Positions 55,650 through 64,000 of a stretch of 64,000 bases of DNA are shown piece after piece. Both the position numbers and the translations under genes were made by a program. The notes beneath the pieces are model-generated. The model saw only the letters and a program-made list of their open reading frames with translations. It had not been told where the DNA came from and did not search any database. Source of the stretch: Pseudomonadota bacterium (lineage in GTDB: Bacteria; Pseudomonadota; Alphaproteobacteria; UBA11222); assembly GCA_049323435.1 (NCBI GenBank), contig JBMOMX010000012.1, positions 273,625 to 337,624 of the forward strand, in the 5' to 3' direction. Position 1 is the first letter of the stretch. Each line of letters opens with the position of its first letter.

Positions 55650-58067
55650 TTAATGCGCGCGAAGGGCGTCGGCGGAAGTTTTTATCGCTTCGCTGGCGGC
55701 CGCCATTTCCTTTTCCTCATCCCATTCAATGGGCGTCAGGGGCCTCACAAGCGCATGCTTCAACACATCGTCAAGAACATTCATCGGAATAATCTCGAGA
55801 TCTTTTTTTACATTCTCCGGAATATCCGCCAGATCCTTCACATTTTCAGAAGGGATCAGCACGGTCTTGATTCCGCCGCGCAACGCCGCAAGCAGTTTTT
55901 CCTTCAACCCGCCAATCGGCAGAACACGGCCGCGCAGGCTGATCTCACCCGTCATGGCCACATCACGCCGCACCGGATTGGATGTCAGCACCGAGACAAT
56001 GGATGTCACCATTGCCACGCCAGCTGACGGCCCGTCCTTCGGGGTCGCCCCTTCCGGCACATGCACATGAATGTCTTTTTTCTCAAAGATCGACGGTTTG
56101 ATGCCGAAATCAACCGCGCGCGACCGCACATAGGACGACGCCGCCTCAATGGATTCCTTCATCACTTCGCCCAGCTTGCCGGTGGTTGTCATGCGGCCCT
56201 TGCCAGGCAGCATCACCGATTCGATGTTCAGCAACTCGCCGCCCACCTCGGTCCAGGCAAGCCCGGTAACAATGCCGACCTGATCCTCGGCCTCGGCCTC
56301 GCCATAGCGGAAACGCCGCACGCCGATATATTTTTCAATCAGCTCTTCGGTGACTTCGACATGCTTCAGGGACTTGTTCGATACCAGTTCGCGCACGGCC
56401 TTTCGCGCCAGATTGGCCAGATCGCGTTCCAGATTACGCACCCCCGCCTCACGCGAATAATAACGGATGAGGTGGCGGATGCCCGCATCGGAAATCGTGA
56501 ACTCGTTCTCTTTAAGGCCATGCGCCTCACGCTGTTTGGCAACCAGATGGCGTTTGGCGATCTCGATTTTTTCGTCTTCGGTATAGCCGGGAATCCGGAT
56601 GATTTCCATCCGGTCCAGCAATGGTTCCGGCATACGCAAACTGTTTGCCGTGGTCACGAACATCACATCCGACAGATCATAATCCACTTCCAGATAATGA
56701 TCCGAAAAGGTGCTGTTCTGTTCGGGATCCAGCACTTCGAGCAGCGCAGAAGACGGGTCGCCCCGGAAATCAGCACCCATTTTATCGATTTCATCGAGCA
56801 GGAAAAACGGATTGGAGTTTTTCGCCTTACGCATGCTCTGGATAACCTTGCCCGGCATCGAGCCAATATAGGTGCGCCGGTGGCCGCGAATTTCGGCCTC
56901 GTCGCGCACACCACCCAGCGACATGCGGATAAATTCACGCCCCGTCGCGCGCGCGATGGACTTGCCAAGCGAGGTTTTGCCAACGCCGGGCGGTCCAACC
57001 AGGCACAGGATCGGGCCTTTCATTTTACCGGTACGTTTTTGCACCGCCAGATATTCGAGGATGCGCTCCTTCACCTTTTCCAGGCCATAATGGTCTGCAT
57101 CCAGAATCGCTTCGGCGCGCGCCAGATCAATATTCACGCGCTTGCGCTTGTTCCAGGGGATCGTCAGCAGCCAGTCGAGATAGTTGCGCACGACGGTCGC
57201 CTCGGCGGACATCGGGCTCATATTGCGCAGCTTTTTTAATTCACCTTCGGCTTTCTCCAGCGCCTCTTTGCTCAGCTTGGTGTTTTTAATTTTCTGCTCA
57301 AGCTCGCCGATATCGTCCTTGCCGTTCTCGCCTTCACCAAGCTCTTTTTGAATCGCCTTCATCTGTTCGTTCAGATAAAATTCGCGCTGGGTTTTTTCCA
57401 TCTGGCGCTTGACGCGGCCGCGAATTTTCTTCTCCACCTGGAGGACGCTGATCTCCCCCTCCATCATGGCAAGCAGTTTTTCAAGCCGCTCCGCCGTGCC
57501 GAACATTTCCAGCAGCTCCTGTTTTTCAGGAATTTTTACGGCAACATGCGATGCAATGGCGTCGGCAAGTTTCGCCGCGCCTTCAATCTGCTCCACCGAT
57601 ACCAGCACATCCTGTGGAAGTTTCTTGCCCAGATTCACATATTGATCGAACAGCGCCGTCGCCGAACGGGCCAGCGCCTCGGTCTCCGCGCTATCTTCCT
57701 CATCGCCGGAAATGATTTCCACCTCGGCCTGAAGAAAATCAGAATTATCCGTAAAATTTTTGATGCGCGCGCGTGTCACGCCTTCAACCAGAACCTTGAC
57801 GGTCTTGTCCGGCAGTTTCAGCAACTGCATGACTGTTGCAATGGTTCCAACCTGATACACATCATCCTTGCCCGGATCATCGGTTGTGGCGTCGCGTTGC
57901 GCCACCAGCATGATCTGTTTATCCGTCTGCATCATATCTTCAAGTGCGCGGACGGATTTCTCACGGCCCACAAACAATGGCACCACCATATGCGGAAACA
58001 CGACAATGTCCCGCAATGGCAGCACAGGCATAATGTTGGGCTGGTCAGACTTATTTGATACTTCCAT
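55650..58067 (-). CDS. lon: ATP-dependent Lon protease
   Basis: The N-terminal domain begins LPLRDIVVFPHMV. Walker A is GPPGVGKTS and the protease Ser is in PKDGPSAG. 805 aa. Confidence 0.96.
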   Translation of the reverse strand: MEVSNKSDQPNIMPVLPLRDIVVFPHMVVPLFVGREKSVRALEDMMQTDKQIMLVAQRDATTDDPGKDDVYQVGTIATVMQLLKLPDKTVKVLVEGVTRARIKNFTDNSDFLQAEVEIISGDEEDSAETEALARSATALFDQYVNLGKKLPQDVLVSVEQIEGAAKLADAIASHVAVKIPEKQELLEMFGTAERLEKLLAMMEGEISVLQVEKKIRGRVKRQMEKTQREFYLNEQMKAIQKELGEGENGKDDIGELEQKIKNTKLSKEALEKAEGELKKLRNMSPMSAEATVVRNYLDWLLTIPWNKRKRVNIDLARAEAILDADHYGLEKVKERILEYLAVQKRTGKMKGPILCLVGPPGVGKTSLGKSIARATGREFIRMSLGGVRDEAEIRGHRRTYIGSMPGKVIQSMRKAKNSNPFFLLDEIDKMGADFRGDPSSALLEVLDPEQNSTFSDHYLEVDYDLSDVMFVTTANSLRMPEPLLDRMEIIRIPGYTEDEKIEIAKRHLVAKQREAHGLKENEFTISDAGIRHLIRYYSREAGVRNLERDLANLARKAVRELVSNKSLKHVEVTEELIEKYIGVRRFRYGEAEAEDQVGIVTGLAWTEVGGELLNIESVMLPGKGRMTTTGKLGEVMKESIEAASSYVRSRAVDFGIKPSIFEKKDIHVHVPEGATPKDGPSAGVAMVTSIVSVLTSNPVRRDVAMTGEISLRGRVLPIGGLKEKLLAALRGGIKTVLIPSENVKDLADIPENVKKDLEIIPMNVLDDVLKHALVRPLTPIEWDEEKEMAAASEAIKTSADALRAH

Positions 58068-58167
58068 AGGAATCCCCTAATGCTTGCGTTGCGCCTGCAA
58101 TCCCGCCAAAGCCGAAACCGCAGATGCGAACGAACCCGCCCGGCCATCCGGCGCGGATCGTGTTGCT

Positions 58168-58197
58168 AACGTGGGTTTAACCGGCGCCAGATTCAAG
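58168..58197 (-). promoter_or_regulatory. putative sigma-32 (RpoH) heat-shock promoter of lon
   Basis: The - strand reads CTTGAA-N16-CCCACGTT about 100 nt upstream of the lon ATG. This resembles the CTTGAA/CCCCATNT consensus. Confidence 0.5.
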
Positions 58198-58267
58198 ACC
58201 GGTTCCAAAGAAACTACTGGAGAAACTACTGGTTTCAGATACATCCCGGAAAAATGCCGGCGCGGCC

Positions 58268-59545
58268 TCAGGCCGAAGCTCCGGCGTCCTGGCGATCCCG
58301 GTCGGAATAGATGTATAGAGGGCTGGCTTTGCCATCGACAACTTCCCCGCTAATGACCACTTCTTCAACGGATTCAAAGCTAGGCAATTCGTACATCGTA
58401 TCCAGCAGAATCGATTCCAGAATGGAGCGCAAACCGCGCGCCCCGGTTTTGCGGGTAATCGCTTTTTTGGCGATCGCCCGCAAGGCCTCATCCGAAAAGG
58501 TCAGTTTGACATTTTCCATCTCGAACAGGCGCTGGAACTGCTTGGCAAGCGCGTTCTTGGGTTTGCTGAGAATATCAATCAGCGCCGCGTCGTCCAGATC
58601 CGTCAGCGTCGCGAGCACCGGCAGCCGGCCGACAAATTCCGGGATCAGGCCAAAGGCAAGCAGATCCTCCGGCTCAAGCATTTTGAGGATTTCGCCGGTG
58701 CGCCGGTCATCGGGGGATTTGACATTAGCGCCAAAACCGATGGACGAACCCTGGCCGCGCGCGGAAATGATACGCTCAAGCCCGGAAAAGGCGCCGCCGC
58801 AAATGAACAGAATATTGGTCGTGTCCACTTGCAGGAATTCCTGCTGCGGATGCTTGCGCCCGCCCTGCGGCGGAACACTGGCGACAGTGCCTTCCATCAG
58901 TTTCAATAGCGCCTGCTGAACGCCTTCGCCCGAAACATCGCGGGTAATGGACGGGTTGTCGGATTTGCGGCTGATCTTGTCAACTTCGTCGATATAGACA
59001 ATCCCGCGCTGCGCCTTCTCGACATTGTAATCAGCGGATTGCAGCAGTTTCAGGATAATGTTTTCAACATCCTCACCGACATAGCCCGCTTCGGTCAGCG
59101 TCGTCGCATCGGCCATGGTGAAGGGCACATCCAGGATGCGCGCCAGCGTTTGCGCCAGCAATGTCTTGCCGCAGCCGGTTGGGCCGATCAGCAGAATATT
59201 CGATTTGGCAATTTCGACATCGCCTGTTTTTTGCTGCTGATTCAGCCGCTTGTAATGATTGTGCACCGCCACCGACAGCACCCGCTTGGCATAATCCTGC
59301 CCGATGACATAATCATCAAGCGTTTTGCGAATTTCCTTGGGAGTGGGCACGCCGGCGCGCGATTTCACCAGCGATGTCTTGGTTTCTTCACGGATAATAT
59401 CCATGCACAGCTCAACGCATTCATCACAGATGAATACGGTTGGGCCCGCTATCAGCTTACGCACTTCGTGCTGGCTTTTGCCGCAGAAAGAGCAATAGAG
59501 CGTATTTTTTGAATCGCCGCCGCTGCCGCCGCTGACCTTGCTCAT
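58268..59545 (-). CDS. clpX: ATP-dependent Clp protease ATP-binding subunit ClpX
   Basis: The zinc-binding N-terminus is [27 protein letters not shown], and Walker A is GPTGCGKT. The start is set at MSKVSGG. Confidence 0.95.
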   Translation of the reverse strand: MSKVSGGSGGDSKNTLYCSFCGKSQHEVRKLIAGPTVFICDECVELCMDIIREETKTSLVKSRAGVPTPKEIRKTLDDYVIGQDYAKRVLSVAVHNHYKRLNQQQKTGDVEIAKSNILLIGPTGCGKTLLAQTLARILDVPFTMADATTLTEAGYVGEDVENIILKLLQSADYNVEKAQRGIVYIDEVDKISRKSDNPSITRDVSGEGVQQALLKLMEGTVASVPPQGGRKHPQQEFLQVDTTNILFICGGAFSGLERIISARGQGSSIGFGANVKSPDDRRTGEILKMLEPEDLLAFGLIPEFVGRLPVLATLTDLDDAALIDILSKPKNALAKQFQRLFEMENVKLTFSDEALRAIAKKAITRKTGARGLRSILESILLDTMYELPSFESVEEVVISGEVVDGKASPLYIYSDRDRQDAGASA

Positions 59546-59771
59546 TGAGAGACTCCGTCTGCCTGTATGTTTCTCACCCGATACAACGCGCATCGGGCGG
59601 AATGGTTTTTTTCTTCCTGAGTTGCCCAACCCCCCTGAAAAACAGGCTGGTCCGGGAAACATTTATGGCACATCTCGAATCTCACTAGCGATTCTGACAC
59701 CCCACAAACTCATACGAGCATGTTAGCCCATATAATTTCAAGATTTCATTAATATAGGCGCTAAATGCCTA

Positions 59772-60398
59772 TTATACACCCTCTTCCGGCGCTGGACGCT
59801 TTTCGACCACCTTGTCTATAATGCCGAACTCCAGGGCCATTTCTGCGGTCATAAAATTATCCCGTTCCAGCGCAACCTCAACTTTATCTATGGCCAGGCC
59901 GGTATGACGGGCATAAATCTGATTAAGCCGCTGTTTTAATGAACGAATTTCTTCGGCATGGAGAAGAATATCCGTAGCCTGCCCCTGAAATCCGCCCGAT
60001 GGCTGATGCAGCATGACACGCGCATTAGGAAGCGCATAGCGCTGACCTTTTTCACCCGCACAAAGCAGCAGCGAGCCCATGGACGCCGCCTGCCCCACGC
60101 ACAGGGTTGAAACGGCCGGGCGGATATATTGCATCGTATCATAAATGCCCAGACCGGAAGTCACGACACCGCCGGGCGAATTGATATATATGAAAATCTC
60201 TTTTTTCGGATTTTCAGCTTCCAGAAACAGCAATTGCGCCGTTACCAGCGTGGCCATATGGTCTTCGATCGGTCCGGTTATGAAAATAATCCGCTCTTTC
60301 AGCAGGCGCGAAAAAATATCATAAGCCCGCTCCCCACGGCCGGTCTGCTCCACGACCATGGGAACAAGGTTCATATAGGTTTCGACTGGATCTCGCAT
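59772..60398 (-). CDS. clpP: ATP-dependent Clp protease proteolytic subunit
   Basis: [31 protein letters not shown] (catalytic Ser) and MLHQP (His) are present. The start is set at [10 protein letters not shown]. Confidence 0.94.
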   Translation of the reverse strand: MRDPVETYMNLVPMVVEQTGRGERAYDIFSRLLKERIIFITGPIEDHMATLVTAQLLFLEAENPKKEIFIYINSPGGVVTSGLGIYDTMQYIRPAVSTLCVGQAASMGSLLLCAGEKGQRYALPNARVMLHQPSGGFQGQATDILLHAEEIRSLKQRLNQIYARHTGLAIDKVEVALERDNFMTAEMALEFGIIDKVVEKRPAPEEGV

Positions 60399-60589
60399 GG
60401 TTTGTTTCCTAGGCTTTGGTCCGTTACTTGGGCTCATTTAAGGCAGGTGAGTTCAGATCGAAGCGCAACACCCGGCGCCGCCCCGGACTTGATCAGAGGG
60501 GACACTATCAGGGACGGTGCTGTGATTGTAGCATGCATTGGTCTATTATCATCTGGCAGAAACAGAATATATCCGGGGCGGGTTAATAT

Positions 60590-61918
60590 CTATTCCCCGT
60601 CTTCCGGATCCTTGAACAATTCTTCGCGGCTTACGGGAACATCGGTGATCTGCGCCAGTTCGAGGATGAAATCGACGACCTTGTCCTCATATAATGGCGC
60701 CCGCAAAGCCGCCAGCGCCTGCGGATTTTTCTGATAATATTCGAACAGCATCTTTTCCTGTCCCGGAAACTGCGAAGCCTGGCGGAAAAGCGCCTCGCGC
60801 ATGGCGTCTTCACCAACAGTGATATTGTTGCGTTGACCAATTTCCGCCAGCAACAGTCCAAGCCGCACCCGGCGATCCGCGATGACGCGGTATTCGGCGC
60901 GCAAATCCTCTTCGGATTTATCCTGATCCGCCAGTGTTTGCCCGCGCCGTTGAAGCTCCTGATTGAATTGCTGCCAGATCTGTTCTTCTTCCGCCGCCAG
61001 CATGCCGGGGGGCACTTCAAAAATATGCGCCTTATCCAGCGCGTCCAGCAGATTGCGTTTCAGGCGCGACCGGCTGATGGATTTATAATCCGTGCCGATG
61101 CGTTCCTGCATCGCCTCGCGCAGCTTTTCAAGACTTTCCAGGCCAAGCTTGGCGGCAAAGGCGTCATCAATCACGACGGGTTCCGGCGCGCGCACCTGAT
61201 GCACCTTCACATCGAAAACCGCATCCTTTCCGGCCAGATGTTTCGCGCCATAATCTTCGGGAAAAGTAACTTTCAATTGTCTTTCTTCGCCTTTTTTGGC
61301 GCCAGTAAGCTGTTCCTCAAATCCCGGAATGAACATTTTCTGCCCGATCTGAACGCTGACATTTTCAGACTTGCCGCCTTCAAACTGCACGCCGTCAATC
61401 TTGCCATCATAATCGATCACCACCACATCGCCTTCTTCAGCGCCGGCGTCATCGGGCTTGTCCGCAAATGCGCGCTGCTGTTCGGCCAAACGCTGAATGG
61501 CCTCATCGGCTTCATCGGCCTTTAACTCGGTAACCGGGCGTTCAAGCTTCAGCGTGGAAAAGTCCATCGGCTCGATAACCGGCAACACTTCCACTTCAAG
61601 CTTGTATTCCAGATCGGAATTATCCTCGAATTTAACCAGATCGATTTTGGGCTGCATGGCAGGTTTCAGATCATGCTGACGCAAGGCGCTCTGGGTCGCT
61701 TCTTCAACGGCCGCCTGCATTATTTCACCGCGTATGCCCTGCCCGTACAGCTGTTTCAGCAGGGAGACGGGCACCTTGCCACGGCGAAAGCCCTTGATCT
61801 GAACCGATTGCTTGAGCTGCATCAGGCGCGCATCGGTGCGCTCCGCCAGGGTTTGGGCCTCGACGACAATCGTGAAAGCGTGTTTCAGGCCATCGGCGCT
61901 GGTTTGAGTGATTTGCAT
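60590..61918 (-). CDS. tig: trigger factor
   Basis: 442 aa. The N-terminal ribosome-binding region is GFRRGKVP, followed by an FKBP-like middle domain. Its position upstream of clpP-clpX is the conserved one. Confidence 0.92.
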   Translation of the reverse strand: MQITQTSADGLKHAFTIVVEAQTLAERTDARLMQLKQSVQIKGFRRGKVPVSLLKQLYGQGIRGEIMQAAVEEATQSALRQHDLKPAMQPKIDLVKFEDNSDLEYKLEVEVLPVIEPMDFSTLKLERPVTELKADEADEAIQRLAEQQRAFADKPDDAGAEEGDVVVIDYDGKIDGVQFEGGKSENVSVQIGQKMFIPGFEEQLTGAKKGEERQLKVTFPEDYGAKHLAGKDAVFDVKVHQVRAPEPVVIDDAFAAKLGLESLEKLREAMQERIGTDYKSISRSRLKRNLLDALDKAHIFEVPPGMLAAEEEQIWQQFNQELQRRGQTLADQDKSEEDLRAEYRVIADRRVRLGLLLAEIGQRNNITVGEDAMREALFRQASQFPGQEKMLFEYYQKNPQALAALRAPLYEDKVVDFILELAQITDVPVSREELFKDPEDGE

Positions 61919-62162
61919 GAAGCGTTCCAGTTACAATAATGCGGTTAAAATGGCTGCCAAAGCGGCGGGCCTCTCCGGATGGCGCCGCCTTTCAGAAGAG
62001 GCATACCCCGGTTATTTCCCGGCTGCAAGTAAAGGCTTTCACACACGCCACGGGGGGAAGCAGGCATGAAGGGGCGCGGGCCATGTCCGTGCCGGTGCGG
62101 CTGTTGTTAACCGGCAAGCGCATCCACCTTCCGGCACAGGTATGGCAGTCAAAACCCGGCCT

Positions 62163-63011
62163 TCATGGCCCATGAGATTTTGGCTGTTCGATAAGGTCAT
62201 ATTTGTGGAAAAACGCAATCAAAAATCGCATTAACTGATTGAAATCAATGTCATTATGTCCTTTATCAGGAAAATAGAAAATTTCTTTCGGCTGTGGCGC
62301 CTGGTCATACAATGCCTTTGCGGATGCAACGGGCACGAGTGCGTCAGTTTCGCCGTGAACTATAAGCAAGGGCACGTTAAAACGCGCAATCTTGCCAATA
62401 GAATCGAATTTATCCGCCAGTAACGCATCAACCGGCAGCCAGGGATAAAGGGACGCCGCAACATCGGATATTGAGGCGAACGGGGATGGCAGTATCACTG
62501 CGCGGACGGGATATTCCACCGCCGTCTGCACCGCAACGCCGGTTCCGATCGATTCACCATACAGAACAAGCTGCGCGGGCTTGAGGGAAAAAGCTTCCAC
62601 GGCATGCTGTATCACGGCGCGGGCATCCATATAAAATCCCTGCTCGGAGGGGCTGCCCTGGCTGTGCCCATAGCCCCGGTAGCTCAGCCCCAGAACCCCG
62701 ATCCCGGCATCTGCCAGCAACCGGAAAAAAGCCGCACGCGCGCCAAGATGGCCCGCATTCCCATGAAAATGAATGAGTGTCGGCGCGCCTTCATGCGCCG
62801 GCCGGTACCAGGCCTGTAGCACTGTTCCATCCTTGCTGCGCAAGCGCACATCTTCAAAATCAGCCAACCCGTAAAATTCGGGCGGCTGGATATCCGTGCG
62901 CGGAAAATACAGCAAGTGCCGCTGAAACACCCACATGACCAGACATAGCAGCGCATAACCGATCAACAGGCTCTGGAGAAATTTCAACGGTCTGATCCGG
63001 GGAAGCGGCAT
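62163..63011 (-). CDS. alpha/beta hydrolase
   Basis: HGNAG, the nucleophile elbow GHSQG and the C-terminal HG..D..VP...H are present, with an N-terminal TM anchor. The start is uncertain: 63011 (MPLPRIRP) or 63080. Confidence 0.78.
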   Translation of the reverse strand: MPLPRIRPLKFLQSLLIGYALLCLVMWVFQRHLLYFPRTDIQPPEFYGLADFEDVRLRSKDGTVLQAWYRPAHEGAPTLIHFHGNAGHLGARAAFFRLLADAGIGVLGLSYRGYGHSQGSPSEQGFYMDARAVIQHAVEAFSLKPAQLVLYGESIGTGVAVQTAVEYPVRAVILPSPFASISDVAASLYPWLPVDALLADKFDSIGKIARFNVPLLIVHGETDALVPVASAKALYDQAPQPKEIFYFPDKGHNDIDFNQLMRFLIAFFHKYDLIEQPKSHGP

Positions 63012-63094
63012 TAAGACCCATGCGCGTTTTAACGGATTAAAACAGATCCAGTTCCCCTTCGCCAAAGCTTCGGGAGACATTGTTTCGCCGGAGA

Positions 63095-63153
63095 CCGCCT
63101 TCGTGCGACTTACGCCAAGTAGGCGTAAGCCACCCGAAGCCGAAGGCGTAGGG
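63095..63153. repeat. REP-like GC-rich hairpins abutting tRNA-Leu
   Basis: cttacgccaagtaggcgtaag hairpin, then ccacccgaagccgaaggcgtagggtgg. The latter has the same core (gaaggcg..ggtgg) as the element next to tRNA-Val. Confidence 0.55.
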
Positions 63154-63238
63154 TGGTGCGGACGAAGGGACTCGAACCCCCACGACTTGCGTCACCAGAA
63201 CCTAAATCTGGCGTGTCTACCAGTTCCACCACGTCCGC
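63154..63238 (-). tRNA. tRNA-Leu (anticodon TAG)
   Basis: The reverse complement is GCGGACGTGGTGGAACTGGTAGACACGCCAGATTTAGGTTCTGGTGACGCAAGTCGTGGGGGTTCGAGTCCCTTCGTCCGCACCA. The acceptor is GCGGACG/CGTCCGC, the anticodon loop is TTTAGGT, and the variable arm is long. Confidence 0.9.
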
Positions 63239-63337
63239 CGGAGATACGCTTCTATAACACAAACTACCGATTTGCCGTCCAGACTGATTGAATTATCTAA
63301 AAATCATTGCCTTGCAGCGAAAGCCTATATATTTTAG

Positions 63338-63360
63338 CTTATGTCAAGGTTTGACATAAG
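63338..63360 (+). promoter_or_regulatory. putative ParD operator
   Basis: A perfect palindrome with 10-nt arms, cttatgtcaa-ggt-ttgacataag, lies 20 nt upstream of the parD start. Confidence 0.5.
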
Positions 63361-63380
63361 CGGAATGGTTGGAGGCGGTT

Positions 63381-63632
63381 TTGGCGACCAATGTGCATCT
63401 TACACCGGAACTGGAATCTTTTGCCCGCGAATGCGTCGAAACCGGGCGTTACAACAATGTGAGCGAGGTGGTCCGTTCAGCGCTGCGCCTGTTGCAGGAC
63501 ACCGAGCAGCGGCGGCTGCATTTTCAGGCCATGCTCCGCGAAACAGAGGATGAGGCTATCCGGGATGGCGGCCATTCGCTTGAATCAGTTCTGGAAGAGG
63601 CGGATAGCATCATCATTGCTCCCACCCGGTGA
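63381..63632 (+). CDS. parD: type II antitoxin, ParD family (RHH)
   Basis: MATNVHLTPELESFARECVETGRYNNVSEVVRSALRLL is the ParD signature. A TTG start at 63381 sits 6 nt after GGAGG. The track ORF begins at 63369. Confidence 0.82.
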   Translation: MATNVHLTPELESFARECVETGRYNNVSEVVRSALRLLQDTEQRRLHFQAMLRETEDEAIRDGGHSLESVLEEADSIIIAPTR

Positions 63633-63931
63633 GTGCGGCGCAATTTGCGCCGCGTGCACGGCGCGATCTTCTTGCGGCTCTGCGCTGGATAGCAAAGGAT
63701 AATCCCGCTGCGGCCAGGGCATTACGGGATGCGGTCGCCCGCGCCGCCGAAAATATTTTCGCCCATCCGGAAATCGGCCCGCACCGGCCGGAATTTGCCG
63801 CGCCGCCCTACCGCTTTTTAAGCCTGACGGGGTTCCCCTACCTTGTCATTTATACGCCGGAACACAATCCCCCGCTCATTCTGCGCATACTGCACGCAGC
63901 TAGAGATTTACCCGACATATTACAGCCATAG
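63629..63931 (+). CDS. parE: type II toxin, RelE/ParE family
   Basis: 100 aa. A..DL..AL.WIAKDNPAAA..L and the C-terminal ILRILHAARD are ParE-like. It overlaps parD by 4 nt. Confidence 0.85.
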   Translation: MSAAQFAPRARRDLLAALRWIAKDNPAAARALRDAVARAAENIFAHPEIGPHRPEFAAPPYRFLSLTGFPYLVIYTPEHNPPLILRILHAARDLPDILQP

Positions 63932-63957
63932 GGACGCTTTTAAATATTAGCGTCCCC
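63931..63957 (+). terminator. hairpin after parE
   Basis: gggacgc-N12-gcgtccc, followed by CTTTAATT. The T tract is weak. Confidence 0.45.
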
Positions 63958-64000
63958 TTTAATTCAGAATATATTACACCTCTACAATGTGGGACTGAAC

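Overview
The window looks like a chromosomal segment of an alphaproteobacterium (inferred from the tig-clpP-clpX-lon-hupB-tRNA-Val gene order and the GC-rich palindromic intergenic repeats). Housekeeping blocks: folK (partial), smpB, dapA, slt, tgt-queA, two cyclophilins, coaD, gyrA, glpK, moaA, tig-clpP-clpX-lon-hupB and three tRNAs. Accessory blocks: (i) a six-gene CoA-ester operon at 6178-12101 that resembles itaconate/mesaconate (C5-dicarboxylate) catabolism; (ii) a second catabolic region at 12936-23074 with no regulator, holding a thiolase/DUF35 pair, an amidohydrolase, a GST, an SDR, a Baeyer-Villiger monooxygenase, a paired acyl-CoA dehydrogenase, an LLM oxidoreductase and a VOC protein; (iii) a complete NAD-type formate dehydrogenase operon, fdsGBA-fdhD-fdsD; (iv) speH-speE with an upstream duplicate of the speH 5' end; (v) a three-subunit molybdenum hydroxylase followed by a MoaD-like gene; (vi) two PEP-CTERM proteins that share a module I cannot assign to a named domain family, one of them 5'-truncated and the other next to a LuxR gene of mosaic composition; (vii) five toxin-antitoxin-like pairs, two of them bracketed by direct repeats, including a parDE cassette that duplicated the 3' end of moaA. 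Several families of REP-like palindromic elements fill the intergenic spaces. I saw no CRISPR array, rRNA, transposase or integrase. Coordinates read by eye may be off by 1-2 nt. No homology searches could be run, so every family call rests on motifs.
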